This document shows positions 12,987 to 21,458 of a stretch of DNA of 64,000 nt, piece after piece. Each line of letters begins with the position of its first letter. Position 1 is the stretch's first letter. This stretch comes from Plasmodiophora brassicae (taxonomy: Eukaryota). Position numbers and translations under genes: made by a program. The stretch is from NCBI GenBank assembly GCA_036867785.1, contig CP145424.1, positions 806,001-870,000 on the forward strand, given 5' to 3'. Under the pieces are notes generated by a model, which saw only the letters and a list, made by a program, of their open reading frames with translations, searched no databases and was not told the DNA's origin.

Positions 12987-15023
12987 ATGATGGCAACCCA
13001 GGTCCCGTGGAAGAGCGCCTTGCTACAGATGTCCATAACGTGCCGGTGCGGGCAGCATTTCGGAATGGTCGGTCTGACCGACCACCAAGCTCGACTGTGC
13101 CCGGCGCGTTATCGAGTGTGCCGTTCCTGCCAGTCGCGTCTCTCGCTGGATGCTCTCGCTGAGCACGCCTGCGCCGGCAGGTCGTCGACGTCGGCCCATG
13201 TTGCGTCGTCCGAGACCGACCTCGTCGGTGACCAAGACCTGTTCCTGTTCTTCGTGCAGACGCAGATCGGTCGACGGTCGAGCTTTTTCGGTTTGCACAG
13301 ACTTCTATCGTCGTGGCGGGACCCGGTGCGAAGCGCGACATGGCTGATCGTCGAGTCGCAGCTCGTGGCTCCGGGGCCGTCCTTCGATTTAGTCAGCGAA
13401 GCCATGCTCGTCGGCTCCGACCTGCAGCACGAGATTCTGACCATCACCATGCTGCTTGCCAAAGCCCTCCTCGAGAGGCGGCGACACGCCGATGCAACAG
13501 AAGTCCTGCGGATCGGCGTACGCCAGCTGAAGAGCCAGGTAGAAATCGGATATCTGGAATGCATCCTTGGCAGCTTCGCGCATTGCACATCGTTGCCGGT
13601 CTATCCAGCGTTGTGGATGGCACCCCACATGGCTGTCACACCAACCGAAACAATGCGGCTGACGCAGCTGTTTCCTGCTGGAACGGCGCCATCCGATTCC
13701 CAGGTCCGATGTCACCGGGATCCGCTCGATGGAGACGAGATTGGCGACAGCTTGTCCTCGGGCCAAATCGAGTCCCTCATTCAGTTGCGTCTCGCAGGTT
13801 ATTCCCGCTACTACTCCGATGGCGTCAACCTGCACGTCATCATGTCGGACGCCGACTGCATTGGATATCGGTTTGATCGAGTCGGCGGCCTTCGTCTCCT
13901 GGTGCACATGGACATGCTCTTCCCGTTCGCCGAGGTCCCTGTTCGTCAGCCGAAACCCGCATGGGATCGCAGGCCTAAGGATCCGTTTCCACTGGGAACG
14001 ACACTGCACGACGACCTTACAGAGGGTGAGGTCCAGACGGTCACCGGGGCACTGCCTTGGGTGTCGTCCTTGTATCGAACGTGCCGCGATCTCTGGCTGG
14101 GCGTATTCCCCAGATCTACCATTGACCCTTGGGAGTACCCGGAAACCATTGCAGGTCTCACTGTCCGAGTCGAGTGGGTTGCGGCCATGGCTCAGCACGG
14201 GGCCCGTCTTCTTCCCGACGATACCAATATTGCTGTTATGAACCGCTGGCCAAATCCATGTACAGGCTGTGTCGTTAGGCACGCGCGCAACACTCCTATC
14301 GTCTCCGATGGGATCCTGTGCTCCTATAACGGACAATCCGGCTTGTTGACTGTCCCGACGCACGCCTTCTACACCAGACACCCGGATGACGTCGACGAGG
14401 ATGAGCCCCGGTCGTCTGGTCTCGGTGACTGGTTACGCTATGCGTTTGCATGCATCGGCAGCAGGTCACTATTCTCCGGTCGGCTGGAGGCAAAGCCACT
14501 TCCTGGGCTTCATATTTACCACTGCACGACGGATCAAAGCTTGGGAAGTGTCGTGCACTGCTTCGACGACACGGAGGCGATTCTGAGTCTGCGCGATTGC
14601 CCGAACAACCAGTACGATGTCAGTCTGCTGGATTTTCGGGCAGGGACATGTCCGCTCTGGTACCACAACTGCATCGCTGGGGTATACGGCACGGTGATGA
14701 CCGGGATGGGCGACTTCGACCGCGTGGACATTCGACAGATCCAGTTTTTCCTCTACTACGACTCGTCGCCGCTGGGTCTGTTGATTCTCCGGTACGACGG
14801 GACAGTACATGCGCCCGGCGTCCCTGGCGGGCGCATGCATAGGTTGCATATGTTCACGGTCGACGACGTACCGCCGTTGTGCGAGGGGCAAACGTTTGCC
14901 GGTTGTTGCGGCAGCCCCATCTTTGATGAGCAGGGCCGCATATACGGTTTCGCCAGGTTCTACGACGATCAGAGGCGAACCATCGCTTGCGTTGCGCTCC
15001 CACCGGGGCTGTCGCTCACGTAA
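12987..15023 (+). CDS. 678-aa single-ORF protein: N-terminal Cys/His zinc-finger-like region and C-terminal trypsin-like fold with Cys at the nucleophile position
   Basis: N-term CRCGQHF...H....C...CRSC...HAC; C-term LLTVPTHAF ... YDVSLL ... AGCCGSPIFDEQGRIYGF. Confidence 0.6.
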   Translation: MMATQVPWKSALLQMSITCRCGQHFGMVGLTDHQARLCPARYRVCRSCQSRLSLDALAEHACAGRSSTSAHVASSETDLVGDQDLFLFFVQTQIGRRSSFFGLHRLLSSWRDPVRSATWLIVESQLVAPGPSFDLVSEAMLVGSDLQHEILTITMLLAKALLERRRHADATEVLRIGVRQLKSQVEIGYLECILGSFAHCTSLPVYPALWMAPHMAVTPTETMRLTQLFPAGTAPSDSQVRCHRDPLDGDEIGDSLSSGQIESLIQLRLAGYSRYYSDGVNLHVIMSDADCIGYRFDRVGGLRLLVHMDMLFPFAEVPVRQPKPAWDRRPKDPFPLGTTLHDDLTEGEVQTVTGALPWVSSLYRTCRDLWLGVFPRSTIDPWEYPETIAGLTVRVEWVAAMAQHGARLLPDDTNIAVMNRWPNPCTGCVVRHARNTPIVSDGILCSYNGQSGLLTVPTHAFYTRHPDDVDEDEPRSSGLGDWLRYAFACIGSRSLFSGRLEAKPLPGLHIYHCTTDQSLGSVVHCFDDTEAILSLRDCPNNQYDVSLLDFRAGTCPLWYHNCIAGVYGTVMTGMGDFDRVDIRQIQFFLYYDSSPLGLLILRYDGTVHAPGVPGGRMHRLHMFTVDDVPPLCEGQTFAGCCGSPIFDEQGRIYGFARFYDDQRRTIACVALPPGLSLT

Positions 15024-15181
15024 CCACATCAGTCAGTATCGTCAAAGCGCACATCTTCGCAGGCTTCGGTTCCTGTACTCGCCTGACAGGTCCTTCCTCG
15101 AGCGCGCGTACGTCCCCAGAAGTCCAGAAGGGATGAATGAACAGTCAATGAAGCGTCCCAGCGCTGATATGGGAACGGGAA

Positions 15182-15567
15182 CGACAGCCCGGGGGGAGCG
15201 CAACGCAAGCGATGGCCCGCCTCTGATCGTCGTCGAACCCGGCGAAACCGTATATATACGGCCCTGCTCATCAAAGATGGGGCTGCCACAACAACCGGCA
15301 AACGTTTGCCCCTCGCACAAAGGCGGTACGTCCTCGACCGTGAACATACCTATGCATGCGCCCGCCAGGGAGACCAGGCGCATGTACTGTCCTGTCGTAC
15401 CGGAGAATCAACAGACCCAGCGGCGACGAGTCGTAGTAGAGGAAATACTGGATCTGTCGAATGTCCACGCGGTCGAAGTCGCCCATCCCGGTCATCACCG
15501 TGCTACAGCGATGCAGGTGTGATACCAGATCTAGAGCGGATATGTGCCTGCCCGAAAATCCAGTAGA
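15182..15567 (-). pseudogene. Inverted, diverged copy of the last ~390 nt (14624-15014) of the upstream gene
   Basis: Minus-strand translations repeat MTGMGDFDRVDIRQIQ.FLYYDSSPLGLLILRYD and MFTV.DVPPLCEGQTFAGCCGSPIFDEQGRIY, with frameshifts. Confidence 0.95.
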
Positions 15568-15951
15568 GCGTCCGCCATGGACACCGCAGGCAGCCTGTAC
15601 TATTCGTAGACTTCAACCTTCGTTACTTCGGTACATAGGTACGACGTGCGGTATGTCCGGAGTTATTCATGGACGTGATCTCCGGATTGTTGTTCGGATG
15701 GAGGTCGACGATATGCTCGGAGATGACATCCACGACAGCGACGACGTCGAGCCCCGCAACAACGATTCGTTTTCCGCGGCGTTATTTTTGACGCGGATAA
15801 CAGCGGCATCGTCATCGACGCTGACGACATCCACGACGGTGATGGGTCAGTCGCGCTTCCCCGCATGACGGTTGTCGGTATATCCCCAGGTGCTGCTTCT
15901 GTCGGTTTGGAAATAACTGACGTCGGATTGCCAGATGGCGCAGTCGCAACG

Positions 15952-16120
15952 AGAAGGACAGTGCTGGTAGGCCCGGCCAGACAGTCGTACGCACACGGGG
16001 ACACACCGTGATGACGACCGGGTGTTCATGAGACCGACTCTTCAACCGGCGCCAGGACCGCGAGGCGAGTCAAGAAGCTGCTCGCGAAACTGCCCAGCGA
16101 AGAGCAGGCGAATCGGGACC
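15952..16120 (+). pseudogene. Inverted partial copy of the IF1 gene (16468-16633), including its intron
   Basis: AGAAGGACAGTGCTGGTAGGC...CAGGACCGCGAGGCG..TCAAGAAGCTGCTCGCGAAACTGC.CAGCGAAGAGCAGGCGAATC.GGACCC matches the reverse complement of IF1. Confidence 0.9.
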
Positions 16121-16318
16121 CAAGACGCAATCGGCGAAGATGCCAATTCTGTGGCCTGATGCCAATGGACACATGTCGACGATACATTATTCGGCACGGT
16201 ACAGCACACAGTGGCACTCGGTGCCGGACAAAACGGTTGGCAGAGTGCACACATGATATATTTGACCATAGACGGCACCGAAAGCAGGCGCATCGCTCGA
16301 TGTGCTACGGGAGAGTGA
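16121..16318 (+). repeat. Diverged direct copy of the flippase last codons, stop codon and 3' flank (12372-~12565)
   Basis: CAAGACGCAA.CGGCGA..ATGCC.AT.C.GTGGCCTGA...ATTATTCGGCA..GTACAG...ATAGACGGC...GCGCATCGC.CGATGTGCT is shared; QDATGDHADAVA* vs QDAIGEDANSVA*. Confidence 0.85.
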
Positions 16319-16381
16319 TCAGTGCTTCGGGGAAATATCACTCTACGCGCGTGTTACGTGGGAGAGAACGATGCGACACAG

Positions 16382-16739
16382 TTACTTCTTGCTGGCCCAT
16401 TTGAGGATGTCCTCCTTGAGCGCGGGCGACAGGTTAGTGGCGTGATGCGCAAAGAGCGTCTCCAGCGGGTCCTGATTCGCCTGCTCTTCGCTGTGCAGTT
16501 TCGCGAGCAGCTTCTTGACCGCCTCGCGGTCCTGGCGGTTGAAGTAGTTGGCCTCATCTGCACACCGGTCGGCGTCACGGGGCGTCCCGCGTGCGTACGA
16601 CTGTCTGGTCGTGCCTACCAGCACTGTCCTTCTTCTTGAACGCGTCGCTTGACATGGCGCGCGACGGCAGCAGCGCCGTACGACGCCCGGCCGCCTCGAG
16701 TACCGACCGCGCCATCACGGACGACATCGTCATCACCAT
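16382..16739 (-). CDS. Mitochondrial ATP synthase inhibitor IF1-like protein (intron 16558-16618)
   Basis: Arg-rich presequence, then SDAFKKKDSA|DEANYFNRQDREAVKKLLAKL, resembling the IF1 'F.K.E.A.E..YF' core. Confidence 0.7.
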
Positions 16740-17230
16740 CGCCGTGTGCACCAGGTGGAATTTGTGGTCATGCGAACCCCCCAAAAACGGTCCCCCCTCC
16801 CCCCGCGCCTGCGTGCGCCTCGGCCCCACCCCCAAAAACGATAAATTCTCATTTTTTAATGAAAATAATCTTCGTGGCCTGCAACTGCAGCCGCCCGTCG
16901 CCCCCCAAACGCTGCCCCCAAAATAGAACGCATCGATGTCTGCACTCTGCACTGACGATTGAAACGGTGGCACGTTTATCGTGCGTCGCCTGCGCGCTAT
17001 CGTATAGCAGCACCTCTTGTTGGCCCAATTCCGGATGTGGGCGTTCAGCGCGCGCTGAACGACAGCGTCGTGGGGTGATGCGCGAATATCATCTGGAGCG
17101 GGTCGTCGGCAGCCTGCTCCTCTGCGTCCACCCACCGCCCTCAGCGGGTAGTGCTACGTACGCGCTAGTCGGCGGCAAACGACAGTACGCGGAGGAGTTT
17201 GTTTATGTTTAACGGCGACGATGCGAGCGA

Positions 17231-19567
17231 CTACTGTCCGATGGGCGCCGTCGCGTTCCCTGCCGCACCGCTGCCTTGCTGCTGCGGTGCCGAGGCGCCG
17301 CTACCGCCCTGGGCACCGGTAGCAGCGCCGCTGCCACCCTGGGTACCGGTAGCAGCGCCGCTGCCGCCCTGGGCACCGGCACCAGCGCCGCTGCCTCCTT
17401 GGGCCATGCCGGCGCCACTGCCGCCCGCCTGGGCGCCACTTCCTCCCTGGGCGCCGCCGGCACCGGATCCGCCGAACGCCCCACTGCCACCGAACGCCGC
17501 CCCGACGTTCGCAGAGGGGACCTGCGCGACCTGGAGCGGGATGCCCATGCCGACCGCCGAGGCGCCCTGCACGACAGGCGCGGCGATGGCGCCGGCGACG
17601 GGGACGGCGGCGACGGCGGCGGGCGCCATGATGGCAGCACCGGCCATCGGCGCCGCGTTCTGCGACACCTGCATGCGGATCGGGCGGTTGACCGCGCTGA
17701 GCTGCTGGCGCTGCCGGTTGGCCAGGTCGCGTCGCGCCTGCTCCTGCTGGGCGGCCAGCGCGTTCCGCTGCTGCACCAGCTGCGCCTCGACCTGCGCCTG
17801 CTGCTGGGGCGTCACGCGCGCCTCCATGACCAACGGGGCCGGCGTCTGCACCGGCATCGCCTGCGCCATCACGGGCAGGACGGCGGGTGCGACGGGCACA
17901 ATGGGTGCGGGTGCCGCTGCGACGACGGGGGCGGGCGCCGCTGCGACGACGGGTGCGGCCGTCGGCGGCGCTTCCTGCTGGATGAACATCATCGGGGGCG
18001 GGGTCGGCGGCGCCACCTTGACCTCGGAAGCGGGCACATCCCGGGACCGCACGATCGTCGCGACCTGGAACTGGCGCACGGGCGGCGACGTCGGCGCCGT
18101 CGTTGCCGTTGTCGTCGTCGGCGCCGGCGTGGGCGCCTGCGTCGCCGGCGCTGCGGTCGCCTGCGGCTGGGTGGTGGGTGAGGCCGTCTGCTGCTGCTGC
18201 TGCTGCGGTTCGGCGGCACCGGCGCCGTTCTGCTCCTGGTTGATCGGGATCCGGTTCCGGCGTCGCGTCTGCGTCGCCTCCTGGGCGCGCATCGCCGGCG
18301 CGACCATGACGATGGGCGCCTCGATGTCAAAGTGCATCTTCATCTTCTGCGAGATGGCCATGCCGTCCGTCGTCAGCGTCGTCGCCGACGTTGTCGTCGA
18401 CGCGTCTGCCTCGGACGACGCCTCCATGACGGACCCGCTCTGGAACGAGACGGCCCGCGTTGCCAGGTACGCCGGCCTGTCGGCGGTCGACGCCTCGCTG
18501 GGGGCCGTGTACCTCAGGACGAACGAGCAGCCGGACTCGGCGGGAATCTCTTCCGGGCGCTTGCTGACATGCTTCTGCAGGATGGACGCCGTCGACAGCG
18601 TCGTGTTGGGCTCGACCCACCCGGTGACGTTGACGGCCTGCGCCATCTTGACGACCTGGGCGTACAGGTCCATGTTGGACTTGGCGGCCGACTCGCACCC
18701 GGGCCCCAGCGACTTGTCGTAGACGCAGTTCTCGACGAACGCGCCGAACACCGGGTCGCTCTTCATCTTGGATTCGTGCTCCCCGGACAGGCACGCCGAC
18801 ACGACCTGCTTCATGACGGCGACGCTCTCGAACACCGGGTGCACCGGGAGCGCCGTCTCGTTCTGGGCGGCGTACTTAGGCGCCGGCGCCAGGTACGTGG
18901 CCGGCGCGGACGACGGCGCCGTCGTCGATTCCTGTTCGGCGGCGGCGGCGGCGGCGGCGCACGCCTTGCCGCCCACGATCGCGTCGACGTTGCAGTGGCC
19001 CTCGGCGTACGCGTTGGCGTCCTTGGGCTTGGTCTCCTTGCCGCTGCACGTGCCGCACATGCCCGAGCAGATTGGCGTCTCCTTGGCCGTGATGGCGCAC
19101 TTCTCAGGGCCGGCCACGATCGTGACCTTCTGGCCCTTGTCGCCGGTGACCACCACCGTGACGAGGTGGTTCTTCATGGTCACCGTCGTGCCCAGCTGCT
19201 TCGACGGCTTGAAGTCGCTCAGGTCGGTCATCTTCTGGCCGTCCACGACCGCGTGGGCGTCGTCGTGCGACGGCGTCTGCACGACGAGGTCGCAGCCGCC
19301 GCGCGACACCTTGATGCGGCAGAAGTCAATGTACGTGACCGGGTGCTTGTCGAGCGCCTTGTTCTGGCACTGCACTTCGACGTCGTCCGTCTTGAACATA
19401 CGGTACAGGCCGGTGCCCTGCCAGTCGAAGCGCGTGTGCCCGTCGCACATGGTGAAGTGCGGGTCCCCGTTCGCCGCGCAGACGCAGTCGGCACCGGCGG
19501 GGCGCAGGACGCCCACGATGCCCGCTAGGAGGAAGGTCGCCGCCAGGGCACGCATCGCCCGAATCAT
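17231..19567 (-). CDS. Secreted VWD-domain protein with P/T/A/Q-rich linker and GGSGA-repeat tail
   Basis: Signal peptide MIRAMRALAATFLLAGIVGVLRPAGA; C..NGDPHFTMCDG..FDWQGTGLY and SGMCGTC motifs; 778-aa intronless ORF. Confidence 0.85.
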   Translation of the reverse strand: MIRAMRALAATFLLAGIVGVLRPAGADCVCAANGDPHFTMCDGHTRFDWQGTGLYRMFKTDDVEVQCQNKALDKHPVTYIDFCRIKVSRGGCDLVVQTPSHDDAHAVVDGQKMTDLSDFKPSKQLGTTVTMKNHLVTVVVTGDKGQKVTIVAGPEKCAITAKETPICSGMCGTCSGKETKPKDANAYAEGHCNVDAIVGGKACAAAAAAAEQESTTAPSSAPATYLAPAPKYAAQNETALPVHPVFESVAVMKQVVSACLSGEHESKMKSDPVFGAFVENCVYDKSLGPGCESAAKSNMDLYAQVVKMAQAVNVTGWVEPNTTLSTASILQKHVSKRPEEIPAESGCSFVLRYTAPSEASTADRPAYLATRAVSFQSGSVMEASSEADASTTTSATTLTTDGMAISQKMKMHFDIEAPIVMVAPAMRAQEATQTRRRNRIPINQEQNGAGAAEPQQQQQQTASPTTQPQATAAPATQAPTPAPTTTTATTAPTSPPVRQFQVATIVRSRDVPASEVKVAPPTPPPMMFIQQEAPPTAAPVVAAAPAPVVAAAPAPIVPVAPAVLPVMAQAMPVQTPAPLVMEARVTPQQQAQVEAQLVQQRNALAAQQEQARRDLANRQRQQLSAVNRPIRMQVSQNAAPMAGAAIMAPAAVAAVPVAGAIAAPVVQGASAVGMGIPLQVAQVPSANVGAAFGGSGAFGGSGAGGAQGGSGAQAGGSGAGMAQGGSGAGAGAQGGSGAATGTQGGSGAATGAQGGSGASAPQQQGSGAAGNATAPIGQ

Positions 19568-19840
19568 GAGCGCGCTCCGATATAGATGTTTGGCGTTGCA
19601 ACGTGTGTGTGGGTTGGGGTGTTATCGATTAAATTGGGGAATGCTGGATCAGAGCGTCGACGACCCACCCATCATCGGTGGACTCACCGCGTGACGCCAC
19701 TGACGGGTCAGCTGTCGATCAACACAGATGGGCAGTGGTGTCACGCGCTCCCCCTGCGTCCGCCTGCCTGGGTGGACCCGCCGCCAACACACACGTCGAT
19801 GAATACCGATATACACTTTACAGACTGGCGACGGGGCATA

Positions 19841-20506
19841 TTACGACGAGCCGACCGCCCATTTCGCAGCGGACCAGATGGCGCGCAGGACCAGGTGCGC
19901 CATGCGCGGGTCCTTGTAGATGCCGATGGCGGTGGCCGTCCATCCGTACGTCGCGTACAGGAAGGACCCCCATCCCCAGAGCCGCCCGATCGCGCCCTTC
20001 CCGCGTATCTCGTTGATCGTCGTCGACAGCAATTGCTGCAGGCCGCCGGGCGACATCGACCGGGTTTCGGGTAGCCTGGCCAGCGACAGCGCGATGAATT
20101 CGGCCATGGCCTCGATCACGTCGCTCTTCTCGATGATCACGAACGCATCGTCGACCGGCGGCGCCCAGGTCGGCACGTTGCTCGGGACGAGCGTCCACCA
20201 CTCCGCGTCGTTATCGTCGTCGTTGGGCGGCGACGTCGCCGTCTCGTCGTCCGACGGCACCGACGATTGCACACGGGCGACCGTCTGCAGGAACTCGGGC
20301 GCGTCGACACGGGCGTGCAGGTCGGCCAGCAGGCGATCGGTGCCCCGTTCGGACCCGAGCGACGCCGCCAGCCGGTCCCGGGCCGCGTCGTCCGGCAACG
20401 CGTCGTGCAGGCGCTGGCCGTGCGCCGTCAGCGCCGCCCGCATCGACGGCTCGCGACGTGCCGCCACCCGCCCCACGTCGTCGGACGACGACGCCGCCGT
20501 CTCCAT
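19841..20506 (-). CDS. Hypothetical protein
   Basis: Intronless ORF with coding-like bias and a globular-looking C-terminus (FVIIEKSDVIEAMAEFIA...GRLWGWG..LYATYGW). Confidence 0.65.
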   Translation of the reverse strand: METAASSSDDVGRVAARREPSMRAALTAHGQRLHDALPDDAARDRLAASLGSERGTDRLLADLHARVDAPEFLQTVARVQSSVPSDDETATSPPNDDDNDAEWWTLVPSNVPTWAPPVDDAFVIIEKSDVIEAMAEFIALSLARLPETRSMSPGGLQQLLSTTINEIRGKGAIGRLWGWGSFLYATYGWTATAIGIYKDPRMAHLVLRAIWSAAKWAVGSS

Positions 20507-20866
20507 GGTTGCCGTCGAACTGGGCGATTGGCAAATGCGACGCTGCTCGACCCGAGCACAACAGCAGCCCAACAACCTGTACCGGGAGCGCGGCGAGCGC
20601 GACCGTAAAAGAGACGCGCGCGCGAACGTCGGCCCGGGACCCGGGGGGCGTTCCCAGTCGCCGTCTAAAAATACAACCGCATGGTCGCGGAGTTCTCCGC
20701 GCCCCGTCTAAAAATACAGCGGCCAGCCACGCCGCCCATCGACGACTACCGACGACGACGACGCACGCGCGCCAACGAATGGCCCGTTGCTGTCGCTCTG
20801 CCAGTATAACTACACTGTCCGGCGCCAGTTTATCATTTCGTGCGGTTGTCGAGTGCGCGCGCCTGG

Positions 20867-21328
20867 CTAGGAGACCAGGAGGCCGGTGCCGGTCGGCGAT
20901 CGGCACCGGCAGCAGCGGCCGACGATGCGCTTGGCGAACGGGACGTAGCTCAGCGAGATCCAGAGCAGGGCGCACGTCTGGACGGCGACCGCGGCCATGA
21001 TAGCGAGGCGGCGCCCGCGTACCTTGCGGCTGAGGAAGAAGATCAGATAGACGGACGCGGCCGTCGCTGCGACGTATAGGACCAGGTTGACGAGCCGGTG
21101 CGGTTTCGTGATCGACTTGCCGAGCTTCCGCAGGCCGACCATGAAGAACAGGGCGCCGAACAGGTTCATCTGCCCGAACAGCGACACGACGAAGAAATGG
21201 CTGGGCTTCAGCATCAGGAACACGCTACCGATAGCACAGAATACGCCGATCGCGGTGCATATACAGAATCCGGTCAGCCGGGTCTTGTACGGCAGGGAGG
21301 CACACGGCGACGTCGACTGCTTCGTCAT
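20867..21328 (-). CDS. SFT2/Got1-family vesicle transport protein
   Basis: SLPYKTRLTGFCIC, 4 TM segments, Q..ALLWISLSYVPFA. Confidence 0.85.
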   Translation of the reverse strand: MTKQSTSPCASLPYKTRLTGFCICTAIGVFCAIGSVFLMLKPSHFFVVSLFGQMNLFGALFFMVGLRKLGKSITKPHRLVNLVLYVAATAASVYLIFFLSRKVRGRRLAIMAAVAVQTCALLWISLSYVPFAKRIVGRCCRCRSPTGTGLLVS

Positions 21329-21458
21329 AGTAGGCAATAACAGTGCCGGGCCTACGTCCGGATTGGATATGAACGTGCCGACGCGCACCGCCCGGAAGCC
21401 TGGCACCCGACCCGCATGACGTCATGCGACGCACATAGGTCAGGGGCCGATGGGCGCC

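Noticed and set aside
16777-16925. CCCCCAAAA motifs resembling C4A4 telomeric repeats
   Set aside because: Dispersed, not tandem; more likely promoter low-complexity sequence
17199-18722. 507-aa plus-strand Pro/Cys-rich ORF
   Set aside because: Antisense mirror of the repetitive VWD gene
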